DNA of 64,000 nucleotides from Psilocybe cubensis (Eukaryota): NCBI GenBank assembly GCA_017499595.2, contig CM039000.1, positions 3,596,001 to 3,660,000 of the forward strand, read 5' to 3'. Shown piece by piece: positions 51,644 to 64,000 of this stretch (position 1 is its first letter; each line of letters starts with the position of its first letter). The notes under the pieces were generated by a model. It saw only the letters and a program-made list of their open reading frames with translations, ran no database searches and was not told where the DNA came from. The position numbers and the translations under genes were made by a program.

Positions 51644-52741
51644 TTAATTCTTCCGCCTACTGCTTAACTTCCTTACGACCTTCTTCTCGGTGCGGTGCAT
51701 TGCAAGCTGAACCCTGAGGCCCATGGACACATATCGATAGTGTATGGCGGATAAGATATGTTCAACGCGCGTCTCCTTCCGCGGTTCCACCTCCTCGGTA
51801 AAATCTTCAGCACTCAGAGATTCGCCGATATCCTCTTCAGCAGATTCCTCAAGATACGACTGCATAGATGGACGTCTGCGCCTGAGCGATGTTCGCCTTC
51901 TGAACGCTTCCCCCCTCGGCTCCCATGGTTCTGGCGTTTGAACTTCTGGTAACTCATCATCGTCCCCATCGTCGCATTCATCCCAGACACACTCATCATC
52001 AAGCAATTTGACTGAGTCTTCAGAAAATTCGACAGCCGTTACGTCGGACGACCAGGTACACGATCGATTCCTTCGATAGGCGGTTGAGTTATGTGGATTT
52101 GAATGACCGGAAAGTTCCTCATCGACCATAGTTTTGCGAGAATCGGAGCGTGACCTTCTCGCAAATGACACCCGACGAGGCCGATTTTCTGGAAGCCGCT
52201 TTGAAGAGCGCACAGAGGGGGATGAAGGAAAATGTACATCACGGTCGAGCTCAGCATTGGCTATGATCGATTGCTCGAGGGGTGATGGTAGCGAGCTTGT
52301 TCGGGCGATAGGCGATGAAGGGTAGTCATATGAAGATGTTGCATTGCATGAGATCGAAAGCGGAGAAGTAGATAGGAGCATGGAAGAGATGAGGGCCTCA
52401 TCCGGTATGCTTCTGGGATTCTGTCGAGGAATGTTTTTCGAACGTGAAGTCAACGCTACAGTTTCTTCTAAAATGGAACGGCTGCCAGATGAATTTGCAT
52501 CATTGATAGACTCGAATGCCTCAATATGAGGAAGTCTCGGAGCGGGTGGGCACTGAGGTACAGAGCGCAAAGTAGTTGTATAGGTTTGGTTCTTCCAGTC
52601 GTACTCCGAAAATACTCGATCTGGATCGTTTGGATTCTCGGGTACATAGAGTCGTTGGACGCGCTTTGTGTGTTCGAATGGCCGAAAGCTTTCTTCAATC
52701 GAACCTTTTCTCGTTGAAAACTGAGATTGCGGTCCTGACAT
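51644..52741 (-). CDS. Hypothetical Ser/Arg/acidic low-complexity protein, ~365 aa
   Basis: Long single-exon ORF from ATG 52741 (MSGPQSQF..); no family recognised. Confidence 0.6.
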   Translation of the reverse strand: MSGPQSQFSTRKGSIEESFRPFEHTKRVQRLYVPENPNDPDRVFSEYDWKNQTYTTTLRSVPQCPPAPRLPHIEAFESINDANSSGSRSILEETVALTSRSKNIPRQNPRSIPDEALISSMLLSTSPLSISCNATSSYDYPSSPIARTSSLPSPLEQSIIANAELDRDVHFPSSPSVRSSKRLPENRPRRVSFARRSRSDSRKTMVDEELSGHSNPHNSTAYRRNRSCTWSSDVTAVEFSEDSVKLLDDECVWDECDDGDDDELPEVQTPEPWEPRGEAFRRRTSLRRRRPSMQSYLEESAEEDIGESLSAEDFTEEVEPRKETRVEHILSAIHYRYVSMGLRVQLAMHRTEKKVVRKLSSRRKN

Positions 52742-54022
52742 CGTTCTATATGTTCCATGATGAAATTTTAGTTTCAAGAGATTAAAGATAAACGAGATAC
52801 AGAAACGACATACAATATAGGTAAATTTTATAAGGCCGTGAACTTTTTGCTGGTTAGAATTCAAGGAAACAGGGAAAGGGGAACGAAGCCTGCAATTTAT
52901 CTTAGTCCGAGGGCAGGGGTGAAACTACTCTAGTGAATCGCTCAAAGTTTAGTCTGCTTTAAAAGCAGACTCGGGTCGTCATCAAAGCGAGCCATAGTGA
53001 ATCTGCAAAATGGAACAATGAGCGTTGATTAGCCAAATTTTGACTTACTGAAAGAGAGCTGGATCGATTAGGGAATACAGGCTGCGCGGACGCGAGGGAC
53101 AAAGGGGATGTGTGTAATGTCAAGCGCACGCATTGACGAGGCCCTCATCCCAAAATGGCAGAGAAACGCTTTCACCACCTGCCATGAGTTGGTCTGCTTC
53201 CCGCCCAGACAAAGACCAATGAACATGAAAAGCAGCTTATCGATATCTGCGTAACCATGATTTTCAGAAGGAACATTCAAAAGGTTTTGACAGTAGTCCT
53301 CGCAGCTTGAATCAAAGGAAGCTCTAGAGAGTTGGAGGTGATTGCACGATTGATATTCTGGACCAAACCAGGTGTGGTCAAGGTGTCGGAATCGGCTGAA
53401 AGCCACTGAAGCCACCTCGTGGGCCCTGGCAGTGGATGAGCAAAAAGGAGTAATTACATAATATGTCGCGGTTGCTCATGTTTGTCCGAACGACCTTTTT
53501 AGGCATTATCAATGCGCAATTGGCGTCGACTCACTAGCTTAGAGCAGATAGCCGCCTGGCGCCCGACGCTTCTTTGGAATTTATTGCTCACTTTATTGAA
53601 TTAATCTCACACCAAGCGCCATCCTAGTTGATCGGCTTTCAGCCCACTGCACACAGGTAAAATGTGGAACTAAATGACCACAAAGATTGACTTAGACTTG
53701 CAATTGATTCGAATTATGCTACTCAACGCGCATTCATTCAGATATCTAGAATGGCTGGATTCGATATCAAGTAGGAGCGGCGCGTATTTTGATTAGTTGA
53801 AATTAATTTAAACATTATTACAAACTTCTAATGTACACCGTATACAACTTACAAGTGGTTATTATCTACAGGACAGCCAGCAGTAGAGCTAGATTATTAC
53901 ACTATCATTCGTAATTCAGAGACGTCGAGTCGGTCATTAAATATGAGAGAGAAAGGGATTGTGAGAAAAAGGGAGCGAATAAAATACAAACATGTCAAGA
54001 AAAGAAAAGAAAAATCATAAAT

Positions 54023-55204
54023 TTAGACTCGACGAGTCCAGTGGTAAACCATTTCGTTGTAATTTTTGTCGTTGCGAGTATCATAGCCCAGCTGCGGACT
54101 AGAGGCTGCGGAAGAAATCGTGACGCAAGATGAATCTGAACTTTCCAATGATGATGAGTAGGAGGTGTATTCGTGTTCGGGCCCGTCTGTGAAGTGACAT
54201 TCATTGGGAGAAAATAAATCTTCCTGCGCGTCAGGCATAGAGAGCATGGATGCATCCTCGTCGTCGTGGTCAACCAGAGCCATGGAATGCGGTCCCTCAT
54301 CTTCGGTGACAGAAGTTGATTTATTGCGGGCCTCCGATACTAATAGCGGTCTGATCAGCGTAGGCGAATATTGCTGCGACTGCAGATACGCAATGAATAA
54401 CGACATGTTTGTCGGCGCCCCTTCTTCTCCAGCGGCAACTCCATGTATGATCCTTCTCCTCCTATGCATCCTTTTCCGCGCATTTCGAGGACGCCACACA
54501 TAGCGGTGTGGGTTACGATAGTACCACGCATAATCGTCCTCCTCGAGCTCCCTCTGAGCGGCCGCCTCTGCATCGCGGAGATTTGCAGGCTTATTGTTTT
54601 CCTGTCGAGGACCCTGATGATAACCAGAAATATCACCCCCGCTCTCCGTCCTCTTGAGCCGCTCTGAGGCTCCATCCACCGCTCTGCTGCCCTTTGCTAT
54701 CGAACGCGTGCCAGAGGTTGATGTCACCTCTTGTACTCGTTGCCTAGTCGATCGGGCCCTCTGTCGCACCCGTGTTGGAGAATTGGTTTGAACGAGTGGC
54801 GTCGTGATACTTCCACTTTTCAGACCCGCCTCCGTTGGTACATCGCGTAGGTATTGGAAGTGAGATGAATGATCAGCGGCGAAAGCATCGAATTCTAGGA
54901 AGGAAGAATTCTGGTCACCACCATAGACGTCGAAGGAGGTATTTGAAGCAAGTGCATTTGCACCAAATGCGTGCATCAGGGGAGGACGAGAATTTTGTAT
55001 CGTCGTTACTGTTGAAAAGGAAAGCGATCTTGAAAATTTCTGTCGCGCTGGATATGTTCGTGTAGCCTTGGAGGGTTCAACAGGGCTCTGGTTGGAATGA
55101 GGGTTGGAAAAAGGGTTCGGGATTGGGATGGAGTGGGTTGAAATTGGGATGACCGCAAATGAATGTGGCGAGATATGGCAACTCGTACTTGTCGTTGCGG
55201 ACAT
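54023..55204 (-). CDS. Hypothetical disordered protein, 393 aa
   Basis: Long single ATG-initiated ORF with a basic patch (RKRMHRRRR); no family recognised. Confidence 0.6.
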   Translation of the reverse strand: MSATTSTSCHISPHSFAVIPISTHSIPIPNPFSNPHSNQSPVEPSKATRTYPARQKFSRSLSFSTVTTIQNSRPPLMHAFGANALASNTSFDVYGGDQNSSFLEFDAFAADHSSHFQYLRDVPTEAGLKSGSITTPLVQTNSPTRVRQRARSTRQRVQEVTSTSGTRSIAKGSRAVDGASERLKRTESGGDISGYHQGPRQENNKPANLRDAEAAAQRELEEDDYAWYYRNPHRYVWRPRNARKRMHRRRRIIHGVAAGEEGAPTNMSLFIAYLQSQQYSPTLIRPLLVSEARNKSTSVTEDEGPHSMALVDHDDEDASMLSMPDAQEDLFSPNECHFTDGPEHEYTSYSSSLESSDSSCVTISSAASSPQLGYDTRNDKNYNEMVYHWTRRV

Positions 55205-56759
55205 TACGGCAATGGGTGCGTAGTTAGCGTGCTCCGCACAAGTTGACTGGTTCTGTATATGTATAAAGGATAGTGATACAGTGTGTTTGCGATTGAGTGA
55301 ATGGCCTTATTGGATATTACTGGATTACAGTGTCCAGTAAGCTTGTCAATTGATTAGGTCCCGTGAAGTGGCTGAAACGAATATGGATGCGGGTTGACGG
55401 CGGTGGAATGGAATATCGTACAACGGATCTGAATTGAGCAATGAAGTATGAGAGACGGTGAACTGAGAAGAAAAACGGTCTCCGCAATTTATAGCGTATG
55501 CCTTTCCGAGTCAGTCAAGCGCCCTGAGCTGCGCTGCGCAATATTAGATGGTGTACCGTACTAGAATGGAGGGAGGAAACCGTAGTTGCAGTTAGATAAA
55601 TAGGTAAGTATAATATGACGTGCTGACTGATGCTCCTGGACACCACAGTCTAACGGAGCCCAGTCCACAAAGCGATGAAACGGAAGAAAAGGGAAACTGG
55701 GATATATCGGGCCTTGTGGTCTTTATGAACAAAGAACTTTCCCTGCAAATCGACTTGTGTGTGTCAGCTACAGGTGGAACGAGGCTCTTTGATTCGGTAT
55801 GATACGCCGGAAGGGGTTGATGATAGAGGTGTGGTGCGGGCGAATGACACTCGATGCCGTACTCCGAAGTCAATGGATGTCCGAGCCGATTTGGTGCAAT
55901 GCTTCTCCGTTGCAATAACAGGATGTAGATACAAGGCGCTTGCGATTCGATCAAGGTTATAAGACTGTGATCCTGCCCTTGGACATGCAGCGACGTGGAG
56001 GACTTCTAGTGACTAGATCCTTCGGACACGGAGATGAGTATGAGTCAAATGCCGGACGACCTATTTGTAGAAAGACCCTTTGTCGTGTTGAACGATACAT
56101 CGCCCAGACCGAGTCACCGATTGTGACCGCCACTCTGATTGTTTTTTTCCCTAACGTGCGTAAAATTAGTTCAAATGTTGACGATGATACGTACAAGTAT
56201 ACCTGCCATGCTTTGTTTCATGCACTCAAAAACGTCCCATCATCGTATGCAATTGGTAGAATGCCGAATGCCGAGGGCGAGGTGTAAACCCATATTTCTT
56301 CCGTCCTGGTAATAGGGGTCGAGCCCATCGACATTTCTAGTCAAGTAGGCTAGTATGCTATACAATTGGATGTAAATTTCTTCACTCAAAATCTGACATA
56401 GAAATGATTCACAAAGCTTACGGTAATGGTCTACATCCATGGATCCTGTCTGTTATCCAGAAATGATGGATTTTGAATTTGATTGCATCCTCTCTGTCTT
56501 TTCCATGCCGGGTCAGGAGCCCATAGTTGAGCTCAAAACTTGAACAATAAATTTGATGGAGTGATCAAGAAAAAGTTGAACTTGTTCAACGATGATGTTT
56601 GACAGGAACTTGAACAGGTCGAGTGAACTGTGAGGGTGTAAATTGTTTGTCCAACATGGCTGTTGAACCCCAATCATAACACGGCGGAAGTCACGTGGAT
56701 CAAACTTGTGCAGGCCAAGGTCTTCTGGCAGGCGACGCGCTCATACCACCTCAACCAAA

Positions 56760-57203
56760 ATGTCCTTCCTACAGAGTATTCGCCGTACCTGCTCAAAAAG
56801 GACCTCCTGGGTATGGGCTAGGAGCTACTCGGCTGCGAATGTGACTCCTCCGTCATCGGAAGGTTCGAAGAATCCAGCAGGTTAGTATTTCTTGTTGCCT
56901 CGTTGAGAACAAATTGTTGATGTCACATTGCTTTCTATCGCAGCATCCTCTACAACATCACAGTCTGCACCTCTGTCAATTTCTTCATGCGCCCCCGATA
57001 CTGTGTTGAAAGGGGTCAACTACCTAAAGGGCCAAGCTCCAGTTGTGGCACGCCCCGACGAAGAATACCCGCCTTGGTTATGGAACGTTCTAAAGCCTAG
57101 GGTCTACGAAGACGATGGTCCCGGAGGCCGTAAAGAGCGAATGGAAAGGAGGAAAGCAAACCGACAAGCGATCAAAGATCGCAACTTTATGCAGACACAG
57201 TAG
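56760..57203 (+). CDS. MRPL37: Mitochondrial ribosomal protein mL54 (yeast MrpL37), 2 exons
   Basis: Presequence-like N-terminus; SSCAPDTVLKGVNYLKGQ..A.PDEEYPPWLW; RKANRQAIKDRNF; intron 56881-56943. Confidence 0.87.
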
Positions 57204-58506
57204 ATGCGTCTAGAAATATTTACGGTGCGTCGTGTTTATGACTGAATTTGTTATGCAATCGCTCACGCTTTATGATAACAGGATAATAATAAAAAAAAGT
57301 ATAATAACACTATCGAGTATTGATGTCAAGACAAAGCCCGTTGAGCATTCATTTTAAATTACGGTTGTGTGTTTGGTATACCGATTTTCTCTCCCATGTG
57401 TTGCCTGCTCGTTCCTTCGATTGCTCCACTAAAGCGTGCAAAACACCGAAATGTGACCCTCTGGTATGCCTTACAGAGCGCTGGTAAGAGTTATACACCT
57501 AAATCCTTGCATAACTAACACGGTTTGTCGCGCCCGTGATTTGACCTTGACCTACGTCGCTCATTTTTTATAACAAGACAAACGGTTTTCCGCGACACGC
57601 ACGACGCCTTTTATCAGCGTAATCGAATCTCAAACATAGCAAGCTTGTGTTTGTAACTCTTCCCGAGGTAACGGTTCAGATCAAACCATTCACTGACCAT
57701 TTTGTAATGTTCGGCCTGCAGACGCATATTTTGCATGGCATTTCTTCCACGTATAAGCTTCTCGAACATGTCGATCATCCGAATTTTGTTCCTCGCGCTA
57801 GGGTGAATCCTTGTTCTGGGCCGTATCATTTGCATAACCAATGAGATTTTCAGGGGGAAGAGGGGGTACGGAAGTATGGAAATTGTGTCTGGGTTCTGTG
57901 CAGACATTGTCCTTCTTTTTAGTTTCATCACGTTGAAGCCAAGCCCACAAGCTCCAACTTCCCGGCGGAAGTTACATGATTCATGGTTTCGTTTGCTCAG
58001 TCCTAGAAGCTGATGGAAGTTAACAACTTCTTCGATGTCCTACACTGACTTGATGAAAACCTCGGCCTTCGCGAGCTTCATTCAAGGATTTCCATGGTAT
58101 ATTGTTCTGCAAAAATCGTTCTCCTTGTGACTGGTGAGGATATTCATGGGAGCGATTTCATTGCTTGTTTATAGCCATTTCTCGCTTCTTCCTGCAAAGG
58201 TTGCAGCTTTAAAGGTTTTGGTAAAAAGGTCGTATTAGCTTGGCCCGCACAAGCCTTTGGACTCCTCGCTAAAGTTAGGCTTCGGAAGTGTGTTGTAAGT
58301 TGTAGGCCAACTTTGGCCGGGATCACATGGGAATGTAGTTACGCTTACAGTAGATTGTAAGTGTAAAAAGGGGTCCACTACATAGATGTTACTTTGATAA
58401 GCTTGATCTTCACACCGCCTGCAACTCTTTCGATTGTAGAAAAACCACTATACCCCTTTAATTCCAGTGATACCCATTGCAGCCCATTGCTTGCTCACAA
58501 GGACAA

Positions 58507-59769
58507 ATGCCGGCAGTAACAAAACCAGACGGTACTCAGGATCCAATTGTCGTACCAGATGATGCATTCCGGGTGCTCTTGACAGGATTCGGGGTGAGTC
58601 TCAAAGTTTTTCTCGTCGTAATGAGGGACTTGTGGTGATATACGCCTGGCAAAGAATGTTAACAAGGTTTATTTCTATCGCCCGCAGCCTTTTCTCAACT
58701 ATGAGGAGAATCCATCATGGCTCTCGGTGAAGCCTCTGCAGAACGCGATTTTGTATACCGATCTGCTCCCTGATGCGCTGTTGACGAAACCACAATCTAC
58801 CGCAGGCTCTTCCTATCCTACGGAACGGTCTCAGGACCCTGCTCTAGATGCCTCACAACCAAAACCTATTCACATCACCACGCTCAAGGTCCCTGTGATC
58901 TATGATTCCGTTCTCAGCATCGTGCCAGGTTTACATGCTCGACCGCCTGTGCTCCCTGATGATGCACCGCCAGAATGTGCAGAACCGCCGGATAGCAACT
59001 ATGACTTTATATTTCATATCGGAGTAGCGGGACGTGGTCCGTTGCGGATGGAACGAATTGCTCACAAATATGGATACCACATGAAGGATGCGTCTGGAAA
59101 GCTTGCCCCGGCTGTCAAGTTGTCCACCAAGGACTTCAGGAGAGGAGACGGCGGCGTGATGAGAGTAGGAGAAGGGACATCAGAGTCGTCTAGCTCATTC
59201 GGAGGGGTAGGGGGAAATACCTTGAGTCCGGCAGAAAGTATGGAAAGAGAACGGTTGGGATTGGACATGGTTGAAGCTGGAGGAGATACTATCGCGCGAC
59301 CTACACGTGGTTTTGGGGTGGGCTATGAATCGTTCCCTGAGGAATTACCGACAGATGTCGACGTAACAAGACTTGTTCATGATCTCAAGCAATCCGGAGT
59401 CGAGGTCTGTCCCATTTTTCTAGTGACTATCGAGCTTTAACTGGCATCTGTTAACACACTCTTTTTCTTTTTCCTTTTGCACGTTATACGCTATAGCAAA
59501 TTTATACCTCCATGGATGCAGGTCATTATTTGTGCGACTTTATATACTATTGCTCTTTAGCAGAGGTCAAGCGATCTTCAAAGCCCTATGAGAAGCGCAG
59601 AAACACTCAGGTTCTTTTTCTGCATTGTCCCCCAGTCAACCAGCCTCTTTCCACTGAAGAAGTTACGGATGCCATCAAGAGAATAATTGTGTGGGTGTGC
59701 GGTCAGCAGCAGCTACACGACGCCAAGGACGACACAGCTATCGCCACCGGCGTCAGCAGCAGTGGGTAA
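58507..59769 (+). CDS. Pyroglutamyl peptidase I (family C15), 3 exons
   Basis: VLLTGFG|PF..ENPSW, HIGVA..RMER, DAGHYLCDFIYY (catalytic Cys), FLHCP (catalytic His). Confidence 0.9.
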
Positions 59770-61153
59770 GATCAAGGCCCTATAGGCTTGGAATCACGGC
59801 TAGGCTAACGATCACCTTCCTTTATCAACGAGCTTACTGCATTAAATGTTCTTCGCGTTAATTTGGCTCAGATAATGATCGGAGAAGCTGGTTTGTCCTC
59901 ATTATTCTGTGGCTCTGCAGATATAAAGTCACTGTTGGGTCTTTTTTTCTTTTCTTTCATTTGGGTCTGACCGTAGGAGAGGTGGTCGAGCTTTCATTAC
60001 ATTGTTGATTTGATACATTTGGGGGTCATGATTTCAGAGATTATTTTTAAAAATTGTATTGGTATCCCACTCAAGTGTGCATTTTGGATTTTCTTTTTTT
60101 CTTTCTTGTCTAGATTTCAAGTCGTTTTGGTAGTCACAGTTGCTTAAAGTCGGACTTGCTCAGCAATATATCGACCTTTCTACATAACGTGTATTGCAAA
60201 TGTATTGACCTTATTTTAATGAAGGTACTATCTTTGATATAACCTATACTGATGGTGCTGTGCTTGAGTCAAGGACTATATCATTTACTGGAAATTTTTT
60301 CTCGACAGATTTCAAGTTCGACATGATATGAGGTGTTCATGGTCATATCATTCAATGCATGTCGTGCAACTCAATGATCAGGCCGCGTTAGAGAATCGAA
60401 GCAGAGGAAAACTCTTATAGCTTAACAGATACATAAATAAACAAAAAGGGACATTGGATACTACTATACAGATATGGGAAACCTGGATATACTTAAGACA
60501 AAGTTCGTACTAATGGCATATTCAACAGGTATGGAACTCGAGGTATCTGTCGACACTTTCCTGTCAATGGCATGAGCGAGTAGTGATTAGTACAAGTGAC
60601 GGTACACGCTCAGCACTGCCACAGACTGGCGCGCACTGTTCGCGATAGTAAATGTAACCACGTGCTGAAAATGCGATTCGGTCCCGAGCTTTTTGAACAA
60701 AGCGCTTGAACATGGTACCAAAACTTAACCAAAACCGTGTTCAATTGAGTCAAGACTCAAGCGTACACAAAACTCTAATCTCAAAAGCTTCGTAATCTCA
60801 AGAACCATGTCGTTGTGCAATCCGATAACGTCTATCTTTGCCTTGGTACCTCTTCACCGCCATTCAGCGCGCTCAGTGCATGCGACCTGATATCCATCGA
60901 CCGACGACAGCTGTCATAGGAATCATGGCCCATGATCCCAGCTGTCAATAGAAAAACACCTGAGAACTTTTGAATCATTCTATGAACACAAATCATTCAC
61001 GTGGTCACTATTATAGGGCTTACTACTCTATGGTCGACTACATACTTATAATTTGCTTTCCATGGATAGATACTTGTTGGTATTTTTTCTCGGAAACAGC
61101 GCTACACTCTGCAACATTGACCTCCACTCTTCCTTGGCGCAGGCTTTCTTACA

Positions 61154-62627
61154 ATGCCCACTGATATGTCTACTCCCGCAGGTGCTATCATAAATGACTC
61201 GGATTCCTCGATTCGTTACTCTGATGGCTGGGTAGCTAACATGAGTGTTTCGGTGGGCCCCAATGGACAGATCCCGCTCTATAACTCTTTACATATCACA
61301 CAAAGGAATGCTGATTTCTCTTTCTCCTTCAACGGTGCGTCTACATCTTCATCTCATGGATTCATAGTATGCTTAGTTGCCGACTATCAGGAAGTTTTAT
61401 ATCAGTCATGGGTTTAATGTTGCCTTCTGGTCAACTCCCTAAATGGGAGTGCTACATTGATGGTGTTAAGCTTCTCTCCCTCCCTCTGACTGACGGTCAA
61501 GAGCACCTTCCTCTGTGTTCACAGTCCTTGGGAGACGGACATCACACGCTCACTGTGGCTGTAAATGCGACTCAAGATAATCCGCTGTGCTTTGATTATA
61601 TTCAATACCATCCTTCATCTTCTGGATACACTGATGACATGGACAAAGTCTTTAATCCAGAAACCGCTGTGGTAAAGGCTGGAGACTGGCCGTCGATCCC
61701 TTCGATTAGCTCTGGTATCATGACAAGAGAGAAAGACTCCAAGCTGCAAATTCAATTCAACGGTGCGATCATTTCTTTGCCATGTGTTGGCTATCATGAC
61801 GAAATGAGTACTTAGGTGTCTCGATGACATGGCTCGGCCTTTATGACAATAATCTGTCGGGTCCTCCTACTACAGCGACTTATACAATCAATGGAAGCAA
61901 TCCTATTCCATTTCCTGTCAATAACTTTGCTTCAAACTTCACTCCTACGATTTTTGATCAAATCATTCTGCAAACCAATGATTACCCCCATGGTCTTCAC
62001 AACCTTGAAATCACGTACAACGGCGATTCAAACAATGCGCCCCTTACGCTGACAAGCTTCATAGTTCAAAATGTCACTCAGCCTCTGTCGACTTTGAGTA
62101 ATATGAATACGACATCATCGTCTACCATGTCGCCCAACCCAATGACGACATCAAGTTCGACTGCCCCAAACCATCACCGACCTCGTTCGACTGGCTCGAT
62201 TATTGGAGCGGTCTTCGGAGCTTTGTTGCTCATTGTTATCTTCCTTTTGTGCCTACTTTTCTGGAGGAAAAGAAATTCGACGAAAAGGGTGGGACTTCCG
62301 GAATCGTCTGGCGCCATTCGGCCATTCAATTTCACATATTATCCCACCGTATCTCGCAACGCCTCATCACCCCCAGTCAACTCCAAAGCTTCTAGAGCGT
62401 TTCCCACCGATGGATCGGTTCGTGGCGCTCTGCCTTCAGAGAAAATACAGAGAATGAACAACGGAAGAACATCGACATCACGTCTGCAACTATCCTCTGC
62501 AGTTACTTCTGTGCCCTCAACCCAATCCTCCCCTGAAATACGAGTACATCATGATAGTGGGCTTCGCATTTCACAGCCCGAAGATGCCCATGTTATCGAC
62601 GTCCCGCCCATCTATAGTCCGGTATGA
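61154..62627 (+). CDS. Single-pass membrane protein with two beta-sandwich-like repeats, 3 exons
   Basis: IINDSDSSIRYSDGW, FSFSFN|G, WECYIDG, HTLTV, FDYIQY; S/T stalk; TM IIGAVFGALLLIVIFLLCLLFW followed by RKR; C-terminal HHDSGLR..VPPIYS. Confidence 0.75.
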
Positions 62628-63625
62628 GTCGGTACCCATAACAGGGCTATCATAATCCTCTACCACCCTTAGAGAAATGGCAGTCGACATCAAGATTCTG
62701 ATTTATCCATTCCTGAATGACTTCCGTCAGGATCCAATTTTAGCTGGAAGGGCGCTCAACACCCATCAGGAGACTATAACATTCATTGGCTTGTCGTCAT
62801 ATACAAGAGAAAATAGTCGTGATTCATCTTATTTTTCTCTATCTGGTTTATAGCAGGGCATTATTACGGCCGACCACTACCCATATATTTCGTGGACATT
62901 ATCGCCGCCATTATCGCTTATGTTAGATATCTACTGTTCAAGAGACTGGAACGGGTTGCAAGATGTCGATAAACTACTGGCGTAAATAGCAGAGAAGTTG
63001 TAGTTCTTGGTGTATGTTAAATGCAATACCTCTTGGTGATGTCGTTAAAATGCACAGCGCCTCTAACTTTCAAAATCCCATCCTCTTATACAGAGCAGTC
63101 ACAGGTCTACATGTGCTTTGCCAATGCCATGCCCCCCTGTCTGATATCACGTGTTGCTTCGGATTCTTTCTCTGGCACTCAATGTGTACTGCTACCATCT
63201 TGCGGTTTATTTCTAACACTCAACCATATAAATTTGCCAACAACATTTGTACCAGTGTACACCCGTCATGTGCATGTAATGAATGACCATTGACAGTTTT
63301 ATAGCACTCAAGGCCAATAATCCATCAACCAATCCATTCTTCAAATCTCATGAACTTGATATCAGTGTTTCAATCTCAGAATGAAGAGGACGAGAAGACC
63401 CAGGATTAAAATATCTACCATCCCGAACCAGGATCAAAAAACCATTTACGAGCTATTTAAAGTCCGGCTTGAATGACACGGATCGCGTTTCACGGAGGCC
63501 GCACAAGGTAAATCCTTTGGAGCTTGACTGTAAACATGGTCCAGTAACCGAAGAAAGGGCCGCCCATCTCTTTCCCTCCTGTTGACTCTTATCCTGTCCA
63601 TACCTTTTATACCGCAGCTCTCAAA

Positions 63626-64000
63626 ATGTCGGCTCGGCGAGCGATAATTGTTGACGACACAGATTCAAGAATACAGTATATTGGCTCAAGTTGGTTTCAA
63701 GACCAAGGATCTCAAGATAACGCAGGGAATTTTGGACCAGCTTACCAGAGCACATTGCACGGAACTAGATCGGATGCTAGCTTGTCCTTCAGTTTCAATG
63801 GTAAGCACTTGTTCAACTATCTACGGTACCTGGTCCAATCTGACAACACTTTGCAGGTACAAAGGTGTCTGTATATGGTTCGAACAATCTTCGCAACGAT
63901 TCGGGTGTCCTGGACCCCACCTGGGAATGTTTCATCGACAACATCAGTATTGGCAAAACCGCACCATTTCAGTTTGCAGAAAACAACTGGTTATTTTGTG
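63626..64000 (+). CDS. Paralog of the 61154 membrane protein (runs off the window)
   Basis: IIVDDTDSRIQY, TLHGT, LSFSFN|GTKVSVYG, WECFIDN; same intron position as the 61154 gene. Confidence 0.75.
   Translation, partial: MSARRAIIVDDTDSRIQYIGSSWFQDQGSQDNAGNFGPAYQSTLHGTRSDASLSFSFNGKHLFNYLRYLVQSDNTLQVQRCLYMVRTIFATIRVSWTPPGNVSSTTSVLAKPHHFSLQKTTGYFV

Noticed and set aside
58507-59769. Pyroglutamyl peptidase as a dedicated processing enzyme for the 35563 precursor
   Set aside because: It lies ~22 kb away, lacks a signal peptide, and the predicted cargos do not begin with Gln.

Overview
Intron-rich eukaryotic DNA whose gene content and short GT-AG introns point to a mushroom-forming basidiomycete (Agaricomycetes; an inference, species not identifiable). 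The window holds an intact Ty1/copia LTR retrotransposon (1710-6343) with identical 181-bp LTRs, a 5-bp TSD and a half-tRNA-type PBS. Four paralogous multi-exon membrane-protein genes (DUF6533-like) lie as two divergent pairs around a ~27-kb block: ATP18, VPS11, two F-box-like genes, a CCCH protein, a laccase, ADE12, COX16, an AT-hook protein, a secreted repeat precursor and a cutinase. An ~8.3-kb KDZ-type (CxC5/CxC6) DNA transposon (~43038-51317) follows, with a flanking target-site duplication, palindromic end repeats, a second RTC4-like gene and a captured, truncated FAD-monooxygenase gene. The window ends with two orphan ORFs, mL54, pyroglutamyl peptidase I and two single-pass membrane paralogs. 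The two most notable items are (i) a 340-aa secreted polyprotein (35563-36869) in which acidic LxxR-terminated spacers frame three cationic, antimicrobial-like cargo peptides, one per symmetric phase-2 exon, and (ii) the gene-capturing KDZ element. All gene models were spliced by eye and no database searches were run.
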